The notes under the pieces are model-generated. The model was not told the DNA's origin. It was given only the letters and a program-made list of their open reading frames with translations, and did no database searches. Shown here one piece after another: positions 53,312 through 64,000 of a stretch of DNA of 64,000 nucleotides. Source of the stretch: Octopus vulgaris (Eukaryota). The stretch covers positions 87,792,001 to 87,856,000 of the forward strand of contig OX597819.1 of NCBI GenBank assembly GCA_951406725.2, written 5' to 3'. The translations under genes were made by a program, and so were the position numbers. Position 1 is the first letter of the stretch. Every line of letters begins with the position of its first letter.

Positions 53312-53560
53312 TTCTTTTATTCTTTTACTTGTTTCAGTCATTTGAGTATGGCCATGCTGGAGTACTACCTTTTTTTAGTCAAGCAAATCAACCCCAGCAC
53401 TTATTCTTTGTAACCCTAGTACTTATTCCATTAGAGGTTTTTGCCAAACTGCTAAGTTACAGTAAATGCACCCACATCGGTTGTCAAGCAATGGTGAGGC
53501 GACAAGCACAGACACAAAGGCATAAATACACACACACGCATGCACACACACACACACACA

Positions 53561-53591
<31 letters not shown>

Positions 53592-53683
53592 GATGGGCTT
53601 CTTTCAGTTTCTGTCAACCAAATCCACTCACAAGTCTTTGGTCAACCCAAGGCTATAGTAGAAGACATTTGCCTAAGGTGCCA
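53312..53683 (-). mobile_element. SINE with (CA)n, head truncated
   Basis: Reverse homology to 55389-55822. Confidence 0.75.
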
Positions 53684-53753
53684 TATATATATATATATAT
53701 GAAAAAACAAGTCAAAAATAGAAAATGCTAAGATAATTTTATAGTGAATCTTT

Positions 53754-53791
53754 CAGTACCGGTTTCGGTCATTTTGAGACCTTTTCAACTG
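53754..53791 (-). ncRNA. Minimal type I hammerhead ribozyme (U3-A8 core variant)
   Basis: Minus strand reads CAG-UUGAAAA-GGUC-ucaaaau-GACC-GAAAC-CG-GUA-CUG. All stems pair and stem III is the palindrome ACCGGU. Confidence 0.8.
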
Positions 53792-54127
53792 TAACGATTA
53801 AATAATTAAATTTAGAAAAATTAGAAGAAAAGTTTTTTTAAAGGAATATTTCTATAGTAGTGTTCAGATATAAGTGGCATTCTGCCTTTCTCTGACTCCC
53901 TTGTTTGCACTTGTGTGTTCGAGGTCGTTGTGAGTTCTTGGTAGGGTAGGAGAAGCAGAAGGCTGATGTGGAGAGGGGGTGGGGAAATCTGGGAATGCCT
54001 TGATGGTCGTATTTTGAATGGTCAGTGGCGGACAGCAGTCGAAGTTCAATTCAGGAATTGTTTATGGAATTTGCATAGGCGTTATACTGAAAGGCATTAG
54101 TGACAAGGTTAAGGGGTAGAAGGTGGA

Positions 54128-54282
54128 GAAGTAGAAGAAGAAGAAGAAGATGACGATGTTGATGATGATGATGATGATGAAGAAGAAGAAGAAGAAGGAG
54201 AAGGAGAAGATGATGATGATGATGGTGGTGATGATGATGACGACGATGATGATGATAATAATGATGATGAAGAAGAAGAAAA
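54128..54282. repeat. Compound (GAA)n/(GAT)n microsatellite inside the Penelope-like 3' region
   Basis: Direct reading. Confidence 0.9.
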
Positions 54283-55129
54283 AAACAGAGAAGGGAGAAT
54301 ATGAATGGGTGAAAGTATAGCTGTGATGGGGCTGATTAGTAATGGATTCTATGGAATGTAATATTTGTGTGTGTATATATTTCTTTTATTCTAAAGTTGA
54401 AGTATATTAATTGTTTGTCGTAGACCCGTTAAGAAGTGGCCTGTATTTTATAATAAAGAGATTTTCTTTACTTATTCGTTGTCTCGAGGTTGTATTGTTC
54501 CTAAATTGGTAGAGGGGGAAAATCCTGAAGTTTGGTGTTTTTTTGTTGGCGCAAGTATCTATGTGTTGGCTAAAAGCTATTTTCCTGTTTTGGGGAATTT
54601 TTATCTGGGATCTGTGCAGGGCCATTCGTTTACGCAAACCATTTTTTGTTTCGCCTATGTACTGCTCTTGACACCCGGAGCAGGTTAGTGAGTATATTAG
54701 GTTCTCCGAAGCACATGTGAAGTTGCTTTTCACTGTAAACCGTTGTCCCTGTTTGAAGGAGAACTCTGATCCCTCAATTAGATAGTCGCATATCCCGCAA
54801 TTGGGTCTTCCACATTTTTTTACTGTCGGCTTCTGTGTTGAAGAGTGAATTCGGGCTTGTGTTAGACTTTTCATGGATCTAGGCTGTCTTTTGCTTTTTA
54901 TGATCGTGTGTGTTTGGAGGATTGTGTTCATTCTGTGGTCTTTTTTTAGGAGGGGTATGTTGTGGAGGATGTTGCTGAAGGCTTCGTTATTGAGAGGGTT
55001 GTGTGTGGAGATGTATGGTAGGGCTTTTGGTTGTAAGTTTTTCTTTGATTTTTCTTATATATATATATACATACACATACATGCACACATATAATGATGA
55101 TGATGATAGCTGTCCATTTGTGATTGAGG

Positions 55130-55554
55130 AAGACCATCATTGACCATTGTACATGCAAAATGCCTGCAATTCACCCCCTCACCAGACAAGCCTAGTTATG
55201 CTGACTCTATGGAAAACATTAGCTCTGAGCAGATTAGATTATTGTTCACAGCTTTGGTCTCCAAACTCATCCAGTCATGTGGAAGACACTCAAGTGTTAC
55301 AAAGAATATTCATCAGTAAAATAATTTACTGGGAATATCTGAAAGCTCTGCATCTCAACTCTCTTGAAAGCTGTAAAGAAAGATATACAGGAGTGGCTGT
55401 GTGGTAAGTAGCTTGCTTACCAACCACATGGTTCATGGTTCAGTCCCAATGTGTTGTACCTTGGGCAAGTGTCTTCTACTATAGCCTCAGGCTGACCAAA
55501 GCCTTGTGAGTGAATTTGGTAGGCGGAAACTGAAAGAAGCCCATCGTATATATG

Positions 55555-55607
<53 letters not shown>

Positions 55608-56000
55608 GAGTGTGTATATGTTTGTGTGTCTGTGTTTGTCCCCCCAACATCGCTTGACAACCGATGCTGGTGTGTTTATGTTCCTGTAACTTTGTGGTTC
55701 GGCAAAAGGGACCGATAGAATAAGTACTAGGCTTACAAAGAATAAGTCCTGGGGTCGATTAGCTTGACTAAAGGCAGTGCTCCAGCATGGCCACAGTCAA
55801 ATGACTGAAACAAGTAAAAGAGTATCATTTATGTATGAAAAATCCTGGAAGGGGCATGTTCCAAACTTTGGTACTAGAAAGAATTCTAATGCACAAACTG
55901 ATAGATACTGTCAGCTTCGAAATATAACACCTTTAAATCACAGCCAAAAACACTCTATTGCACCAGTTTCATATTTAGAAGTCCTAATTGTTCAAAAATA
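55130..56000 (+). mobile_element. CR1/L2-group LINE 3' fragment split by a SINE
   Basis: SRLDYCSQLWSP..YWEYLKAL..ERY before 55389; continues II..KILEG..PNFG after 55822. Confidence 0.7.
55389..55822 (+). mobile_element. Well-preserved full-length tRNA-headed SINE with internal (TA)n/(TG)n
   Basis: GGAGTGGCTGTGTGGTAAG, GGTTCAGTCCC, CCTTGGGCAAGTG core, tail GACTGAAACAAGTAAAAGAG. Confidence 0.85.
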
Positions 56001-56024
56001 TAAAAGGAACCTCTAGCAAATCAT

Positions 56025-56253
56025 AAACCCTTTAGCATTTAAACCAGCCATATCTGGCCAAAATATTCTGTCTGTTTTATGATGAAACAGGCCAGATGTG
56101 GCTTCTCACACCAACCCTACAATATCATTCTAAAAAATTAACAGTTATGTTATCAAAATCTCATAACTACAAGGTAGTGCATGATTCATTCAAAACAATG
56201 TGAATGAATAAGCATTGCATTTGACAGAGTGATTTGAATGCTAAAGAGTTTAA
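56025..56253. mobile_element. piggyBac-like MITE (family B)
   Basis: AAACCCTTTAGCATTT at the start and GAATGCTAAAGAGTTT at the end. Confidence 0.75.
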
Positions 56254-56357
56254 TAAAAACACTGTATAAACTCTTAAGGTATAAACAGCAAGTCTTTTCT
56301 TGCAAGATGCAAACAAAGCAAAAAAATACAAGATTTTAAAATTAAATTTTAATTTCT

Positions 56358-56789
56358 AAAGCACCATCTGATCGTGGCCGTTTGCCAGCCTCGACTGGCA
56401 CCTGTGCCGGTGGCACGTAAAAAGCACCCACTACACTCATGGAGTGGTTGGTGTTAGGAAGGCCATCCAGCTGTAGAAACACTGCCAGATCAGACTGGGC
56501 CTGGTGCAGCCTTCTGGCTTCCCAGACCCCAGTTGAACTGGGCACGTAAAAAGCACCATCCGATCATGGCCGTTTGCCAGCCTTAACTGGCACCTGTGCC
56601 GGTGGCACGTAAAAAGCACCCACTACACTCACGGAGTGGTTGGCGTTAGGAAGGGCATCCAGCTGTAGAAACACTGCCAGATCAGACTGGGCCTGGTGCA
56701 GCCTTCTGGCTTCCCAGACCCCAGTTGAACCGTCCAACCCATGCCAGCATGGAAAGCAGACATTAAACGATGATGATGATGATGATGAT
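56358..56789 (+). mobile_element. RTE 3'-end element with 192-bp tandem duplication and (GAT)n tail
   Basis: 56358-56538 is repeated from 56550; homologous to 52480-52735. Confidence 0.85.
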
Positions 56790-57599
56790 TATAGTTCAAT
56801 AATTCTTGCATGTATGGAACTCACAAAAGCACGCACCTAAGCAGAGACCTACTTTGCAGAATACCAAGTTGTCACATACCTTGCTTTCTGTTCTCATTTG
56901 GTCATGGATGAGCAAACAATCCACCTTTGTTGGCCTTTTTTGTTGTTCTTTTACTTGGGACACGATCAGGATAGTGTCTTTCCATGAAGGACACTGCCAT
57001 TGGTCTGTCAATGGTGCTACTTGCTGGTCATACTGTATTTGTGAGTTTGCCATATTTAGCAAAAAATTGACACACAGTTCCTCTATGGAAATCTTTGAGT
57101 AAAACCAATCAAACAGCTTATAATGCAAATATGGCCTATATATCACACCTAACTTCTTCACAATTTAGCAGTTTGTCTATAAGCCACATTCATCTTCTGT
57201 AGAAGAAAGCTTGTTGTGATGTTGTGTCAATAAGCCACATCTGACCTTAAAGGATTAACAATGATACTGGACTAGACAATTATTCAAAGATTTAACCAGG
57301 GAAAATCAGCTGCTACATACTCAATCACTTCCAGCCATAAAGTGACATCAAAATTGAAGGAAAATAAAAGGCAGTGCTCCAGTATGGCTTTAGTTTAATG
57401 ACTGAAACTATTAAATGAATAAAAGAAAAGGAATGCTAAATATAACTGTAAACAGCTACACTTTTTGTACATCATTCTGCTACTTTTTGATTTATTCTCC
57501 TTCCCGGGCCACTCCCATGTCTTGACATAAACCTCCCCATACTGCTTTTTCCTATCAACCATACTCCATCCTTATTCATCATTCACTTCTACCTTTGTA

Positions 57600-58165
57600 T
57601 TATGTTGTCTGGAAAGTTCGTGCCGATTTTTAAAGGAAAGAAAAAGGTCAATAAATACTTGCCATTACATTTTTAATCAACCATATATGAACTATTTTAT
57701 TGCACAATGCGTCTCCACCTTTCCTTTAACTTGAAAATACCCTCTTCCCAGAATTGAGGTGGTTTCATGGCAAAGAATTCATCAACGTAACTTTTTATGT
57801 CATCCAAGGAATTGAAATTTTTACCACTAAGACTATTCTGCAGAGACCTGAATAAGTGGAAATCCAAAGGAGCAATATCTGGTGAATATGGAGGGTTGGG
57901 TAACACATCCCAGCTGAGCTGCAGCAATTTTTGTCTAGTTCCCAAAGCATCAAGTGCCGAAAACGAACTTTCATATCTTCCATTTCAAAGGGTTACAGAA
58001 TTAACACAGGTTATAGGAACATAAACCTTCTTCCACGAAAAGATAGCTTAAACTGTGCTCTAAATGGAGGTGTAGTTAAATCCTATTTTATGGACTCAAC
58101 AATGTTCTAAAATAAGTCGAAAGGTAAGCTACTATAAATCGGCACAAACTTTCCGGACAACCCAA
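57600..58165 (-). mobile_element. Internally deleted mariner
   Basis: TA-flanked TIRs GTTGTC(T/C)GGAAAGTT(C/T)GTGCCGATTT. WDVLPNPPYSPDIAPLDFHLFRSLQNSL. Confidence 0.9.
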
Positions 58166-58969
58166 TATTTAACTCTCCACCATTCCTACACCTTTGCACA
58201 TCATTCTGCTACTTTCTGATCTATTCTCCTTCCTGGGCTACTCCTATATCTCTTTTACTTTACCTTTCTCTATACTGGTATTTCCCATTGACCACACAAC
58301 CACCTAGTACATTACTCACTACATTTACCTCTACCCCTATCTGTAACTCTCTGCCACTCACTTCACCTTTGCTAATCATATCACTACTTTCGAACCCGTT
58401 ATCCTCCCTGAGCTACTCCTTTATTTCACTCACCTTATGCCTCTCCATAATGGTATTCCTCATCAACCACACCTATATCCTGTTGATCACTTACTACATC
58501 CACCTCTATTCCCATTTCTAACTATCTATTTCTCTCCCCTCACACTCTTATGAAACTTTACATTCCCTTCCCATGAATTCACTGTCTGTATCCATTCATT
58601 TACTCACCTTGTTTCTTGAGATGTTCTTGAATCCCACCATTATCATTTCTGTCTTCTTTCCAGTTACTCCCATACACCCTTCTTATCTCTTCTGCAGTAA
58701 GACATTTGGGTTTGTCCTTCCATTACTCTTCAGTCTCTCAGCACCCAGCATAGAACCATTGCCCCTCTTTACTCTCTCTTCCTTTTCCTGTTCTTTTTTT
58801 TTTTTTGTCTTGTAATTTATTTGGTAACCTCGCTGTTGCCAATGGCACAAAAAAGTACCCAGTACACTCAGTAGAGTTGTTAGCATTAAGCCCTGCAGCT
58901 CACTGAATCCTTTCAAACTGTCCAACTTATGCCAGCATGGAAATGGGCATTAAATGATGATGATGAATA

Positions 58970-60130
58970 CCTTTTTGAATGCCTTGATTATCTTTCTTTC
59001 ATGACCACCAGAGCAACTTTTATAAATCCAGATCTATCAGAGACTACTCTCTTAATCTCATACACCAGCAGGCCCTTGCCTCCAGATTTGGTATTTTCTA
59101 TATTTTTGCACTAAACAGTAACAACATTCAACTGTGTCTGTCAATAAATCTTCTGGAAAACAGCTTGCCTATGGGCTTCCATCTCCTATCTCTTGGATAA
59201 ATAGCTTCCTGTCAAATTACACTATCTAATGGAGTTCTACTAGTCATCACCTCCAGCATTGCCCATTTCTATGTAGATACTACTGGCCCTCATTCCTCCC
59301 TAAATGTCTGTCTCCAGGCATCATTAACATGTAACCTAGATATGAGGGGCTACTGAAAAGTTCCTAGCTTTAAGGGTATTGCAAAAGGCCTTAATGGAGG
59401 CCCAACTTTCTGAGTTCTTTTATAGGGCTTAGAAAAGCTGAAGGACTGCTGCAATAAGTGTATGAGTCTGAGAGGGGAATATGTTGCATAAAATCATAAT
59501 TAACTGATCCTCCTATGTTTTCTTTTACCCAAAGCCAAGAACTTTTCAGCATGCCTTGTACATTATACTAAACCTGCATTGACATTATGAACTGCTTCTA
59601 GCATAAAACACTTATCAATACACATATCACTTAACCCAATCTCAATATGAACAGCACACAAGTAGAATCATCAAGGTTACTACTGTAAAAGCTTGGCCTC
59701 ACCATCACTGAAGATATCACATAAGCTGGCCTTCCTCTTTAGGATCAGAAAATACTTGACCATCAAACAACTACTAACTCTTTCAAGTGATTCCCACAAT
59801 GGCATATTGCTCCTACATCTGGGGCAAGGCTGCTTCTACACACACATCTCCACCTTTCACCACAAATAAAAAGGGCTACCCAGATGCTTGGCATGAACCA
59901 ACCACTAACACATACAGAAATTTGACCAAAGCATGCAGTCTCCTTGCTCTGCCTTTTCAACAGCTATTACAGTGGTTTCTGGTTGATCTCATGCCAACTA
60001 CACTCATGCATTCTTAACTCATTCGTCTCTTTTATCACCATCCACACTGTATCCCTATCCACCGCCAGGTTCCATAGTAACAAATTTACCCACTTCTCCC
60101 TCCTCAGAATACTGCACTCTGCAATTCCTT
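58970..60130 (+). mobile_element. Decayed CR1/L2/Jockey-group LINE fragment interrupted by a MITE
   Basis: PTMAYCSYIWG and LCLFNSYY motifs typical of the post-RT region. Confidence 0.5.
59343..59558. mobile_element. Mariner-type MITE
   Basis: TA flanks and TIRs; reverse copy of 35508-35725. Confidence 0.85.
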
Positions 60131-61318
60131 CTGTGGTCTTACCCTGTAGTTACCAGCTTGCAACTTTTCAGGTAGTAAAATAACCATGATGATTTCAACA
60201 GTCTTGAAGGTCATGCAAAGACTAAGAACACAACCTTGTCTCCAATTTAAATTAATAAAATAAAGACATCCTAATTAGTAACCTCAACACTGAAAGTATT
60301 GGAAATAGGAAAGTACAACTATCAAGAAAGAAACTTATGAGAAACGTGCAACATCCAATGAGATTTACATCACAAAACATAACAATGAGATGGTTACAAG
60401 TCATCACTTACATTATATAAGATAGGAGAGGGCAAGATATAAAAATTTTCATTTGTTATCTGTCCTAAAATTTGTTGAGAATTAATATCTGTTCTTGTCA
60501 TTAGGGAAAGAAGAAATTGAAAACAATTTTTGTTGAAATTATATTCACATTCATGTACAATTAATTGTATGTACAATTAAGGTAAGTTAAAAATTGTCAA
60601 ACCAGTATCATTCTCGACGAAAAATGTTCTATCCCTAGTCTGGAGAAGTCATCAGAATAAAAAGGATGAAATAACTGAATGAAACTGGGTAGTTTTATTA
60701 TTTAGCTATGATCTTATACATTATAACAAAATGAAATGTGAAATATGAAAATGTCAAACAGGTTACATCATATAAAATATAGAACAATATTTTGTGAGTA
60801 TTGAAGATATGATGTTTATTCAGTTAGTAGCTAATATCAAATTAAAATATATTAAAAACTAAAATGCTTAATTGTATTTATGTTGGTATTTCCTTCACAT
60901 TGGAGAACAAATTTCATATTAGTTAATGGTTGTTATGATTGTTATCATTTAAGATATCCATTAATTTAATATGTTTAAAAATCACAAATCAACAATTATG
61001 AAAAATGTTTACATTTCTTTCATAGTACACTAAAATTAATACATGTTATATTATTATTTCAGTCTGTACATTAACTTTTTCTTTTTAACTATGATTAATA
61101 ATATTTCATTTAAACATTTTAGATGTTGTTGAAAGATTTTTACAGTATTAATAAATCTTTAAAAAGTTTTCATGATATTTTCAGACACAATTTTCAATTC
61201 AAATTATTTAAGGTCTTTTGAGACCTAATAGTGAATTATTGTTAAATAAAACCAATCACTTATCATAGCTTTGAATTTGTTTGAGTTTACTTTTATTGAA
61301 AAGTTTATAGAAAAGAAA

Positions 61319-61816
61319 TCAAAGTTGTGTGTCTTCATGTTCTGTATAGCCATTATTAGTGTTACCTTCAGCTTCTCTATTTTTTTGTTCCCGGGTTTCA
61401 TAGTGAAAATGATAAGTAAGCAATACAATAGTACATACACCTAACATAACTACACTTGCTATACCACCAATAAGAAACTGGGTATGGTATTTATCAGCAG
61501 TGCTGTCAAATAGAGGGCCAGCCATATTTAGTAGGTATATGTTATATACTGCATCTTCTCTAGAGGCACAAGCATAGATTCCTCTATCATCTTCAGTAAC
61601 ACTTTTAATTTTTAATGACATATTGTATGTCTCATATTTTACTTCATTCATCATTTTACCATCTGGAAGAATCCACTTGAGTTGTCCAGCCATAGTTGCA
61701 TTAACACATGTCATTACTACATCAGATCCTAAATATGATTTTAAGCCCTTTGTTTCAGTTTGGCTGTGTGTCTGGGCCACGAAGAGAATCAACAATCCAA
61801 TAGCCAAATACATCAT
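61319..61816 (-). CDS. 165-aa single-Ig-domain type I membrane protein
   Basis: Signal peptide MMYLAIGLLILFVAQTHS. Ig signature C..W..D.G.Y.C (45 aa between Cys). TM FLIGGIASVVMLGVCTIVLL. Tail ends DTQL. A polypyrimidine tract and AG acceptor at 61834-61833 lie just before the ATG, so the ORF-track start at 61888 is probably intronic. Confidence 0.88.
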   Translation of the reverse strand: MMYLAIGLLILFVAQTHSQTETKGLKSYLGSDVVMTCVNATMAGQLKWILPDGKMMNEVKYETYNMSLKIKSVTEDDRGIYACASREDAVYNIYLLNMAGPLFDSTADKYHTQFLIGGIASVVMLGVCTIVLLTYHFHYETREQKNREAEGNTNNGYTEHEDTQL

Positions 61817-62237
61817 GGATATTGACAGGTTTCTATAATAAGTAAACAAAAAATAAAAAAAGAAAGGAATTTTAAACAACAAATACATCTTTTGAAATTA
61901 TTGTTTTTTAAAGAAATACTTAACAACTGCAACTTCAAGTAAGACTGAACATATATAACATTGAATAAAATAGCCACCTTAGTGTTAGATGCCTGTCAAA
62001 ATGGGTTTAACACACAATGGGCTATTTCAAGCCACTATCATTTGCAAATTAAATCAAATTAAATCTACCAGTAAAAACTAAATGATATGAAGATAACTGA
62101 AAAAATTACTCAGAATTGCCATTATTACAAAGTAATGAAGAAAAATAATCTAATTAATTGATATGACTTATACACTGATTAATATGAACTTACTAACATT
62201 ATTTGAATTTGATTTTAACAAGTATAAGTGACAACTC

Positions 62238-63300
62238 AGGGCATGTTTCAGATTTATTAGGCCACTTCAGTGAAAGGAAGCTATTTTAGAACCATGTGCA
62301 ATATTGTGCATTATATTATTTCTCATTTTATATTTGTAGTTATGTTTGTTTTTTAACTTCCATATATATTTAGAGAAGTATGTTGTGTTTCTTTTGGTTA
62401 GGTTCCAGAAAATGTGGTTGAATGCTGCATATAACTGTTTTTGAAGGTACTACTTGTGGTGTCAATGTAGTGTTTTGGAGTTTATTCTACTCGTAATATT
62501 GTTGTTTTATAGATAAAGCTTGTTTGTAAACAATTTCTATGTAATGAGTATGTTCTTGGCTTGGTGCAATTTCATAAATTGGCAGAAGTATGTTATATAG
62601 CCTTTTGTATGTTGTTGTTTGGCGATTGTATGGACTGTTTGATGTGTTTTGTGCTGCAGAAGCTAAATTTTGTATCGTTTCTGTTGATTACTCTTGTGGT
62701 ATTTATGTTCTGTTGGGAAATGCTTGCAAACTAGTGTTAGGAAGATGTATGCTACATTTGTTGCAATAGTTAAGCTAAAATATGGGTTCAAACAGATGAT
62801 GTCTCTTTTTCTGGGTTTCTTTTGTTTATTGCCTGACTTAAGTAAGTATTATAATTTCTATTTGAATCCATTAGATTTTAGGGCTTCACTGTTGAGTAGT
62901 GCCACTTAGTCAAGTATTTCTTTATTATACAAAATTGCCAATATTCTCCAGCTTATATTGCTAATTAGGCTTTTCCTTATTGATGGTGGGTATTTAATTT
63001 TATGTTTATGTATAATGGCACCTCATTAAGGCTTCTTTTAATAGGAGCAGGGTTTTCCAGTTTTCAGATTTAATGTGTCAATGTTGTGTACAATGTTTAG
63101 ATTGGTTTCCACTGTTATTTTTTTGGTTGAATTCTTTAAACTTCATTATTAGGTATTTTCTGACTTTCTCAAATTCACACCCAACCATATTTTGGAAGAG
63201 GTTATACCATCATCCCTGTATGAGCCTATTTTGTGCAAAACCCTACTATTTCATGTTTCTGCTCCATTGTAGCATCACATAGTGACACCAAATAGTTTCT
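62238..63300 (-). mobile_element. Decayed Penelope-like element (linker plus GIY-YIG)
   Basis: Minus-strand remnants NPYFSLTIATNVAYIFLTLVCKHFPTEHKYH, FIYK..HYID..FK and FSKYIWKLK. Degenerate hammerhead at the 3' end. Confidence 0.65.
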
Positions 63301-64000
63301 CACTTTCTAGTTTTACCCAGGCTGAAACTTCATGGAATAAGATAGATTTTCTAGCATGAAAATTATGTCCATTTTCTGAGAGCCACATACAACGATCTCC
63401 TCAGCAAAGCGTAGTGTTTTTTTTTTAATAAGGATTTTCTGATAGATGGATAAAAATTAACAATAGTGGGAAAATTATAAGTCTATTTTTTATACTATTG
63501 AACCAATTGATATACTATTGTTCTATTGTTTAAGTTTGTTATTTGTCAAATTTTTGAGCTGATGTTTGCCAGGATTTTTTGCTTACTGTACCCAATTCTT
63601 CTTTCGTGGGATTATTAATCCCTATATGGGGTTGCTTGCAAAGTTGAGTTTGTATGTGTATGAGTGTGTACATGTGTGTGTGTATGCATATGTGTGTGTG
63701 TGTGTGTGTGTGCCATAGCACAGTTATCTCCATTTTTGTTCTATAATCTAAGCTGTTGGCCAAACAAGAAGACCACTTTTTTGAAACCCTCTGCTGACTA
63801 TCTCTTCAACAAATGACAATGACCCCATTTTCACAGCCACTGGTTTTAATGGACATGTTGAGCAACACCATATTGGTATCTCTAGTGTAAATGAGAGGCA
63901 AAAGGCATGGCACAAGGAATGAGGTGGAATCATGACTCCTGGAATTCTGTGATGCGAATGACCTAGTCATTCCCAACACAAATTTCACGAAACCAGCCAC

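Larger units (their letters stand above)
53700..55055 (-). mobile_element. 5'-truncated Penelope-like element (GIY-YIG endonuclease, Cys-rich linker)
   Basis: Open frame LPYISTHNP..KCGRPNCGIC..CASENLIYSLTCSGCQEQYIGET..RMALHR ending at 54407. 3' region carries a hammerhead. (TA)n on both sides. Confidence 0.9.

Noticed and set aside
54128-54282. Acidic poly-Asp/Glu coding exon
   Set aside because: It is a trinucleotide microsatellite inside a Penelope-like 3' region with no splice or ORF context.
57457-58243. Direct repeats flanking the mariner read as LTRs
   Set aside because: No TG..CA ends, PBS or PPT; it looks like an old local tandem duplication later hit by the mariner.
61817-61888. 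N-terminal extension of the Ig ORF (MYLLFKIPFFF...)
   Set aside because: It translates a polypyrimidine tract and acceptor; the signal peptide starts at 61816.

Overview
AT-rich, repeat-dense animal genomic DNA. The SINE families, (GAT)n-tailed RTE ends and (TA)n/(CA)n density look like an octopus (coleoid cephalopod) genome; this is inference, not verified. Two host genes are supported. (1) A DAZAP2 orthologue on + with four coding exons read by eye (13275-13391, 22032-22117, 23884-23979, 27176-27304). Its ATG exon was not located, and a long TE-free 3' region follows the stop. (2) A single-coding-exon type I membrane protein on - (61319-61816) with one Ig domain and a C-terminal PDZ-type motif. 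The rest is tRNA-headed SINEs, RTE and CR1/L2-type LINE pieces, Tc1/mariner elements (DD37D-type and mariner-type), piggyBac-, hAT- and mariner-type MITEs, a Helitron, Penelope-like (GIY-YIG) remnants and a decayed initiator tRNA-Met. The most striking signal is a set of at least six sequence-unrelated minimal hammerhead-ribozyme-like motifs. One is fully intact with a U3-A8 core, and several sit in short ORF-less fold-back elements. Other highlights are a TGCATG (Rbfox) cluster with an unused splice acceptor in DAZAP2 introns, a twin-primed RTE inversion, a doubly nested mariner, and a 65-bp structured repeat in an RTE 3' UTR. Repeat boundaries were read by eye and are approximate unless TIRs or TSDs are quoted.
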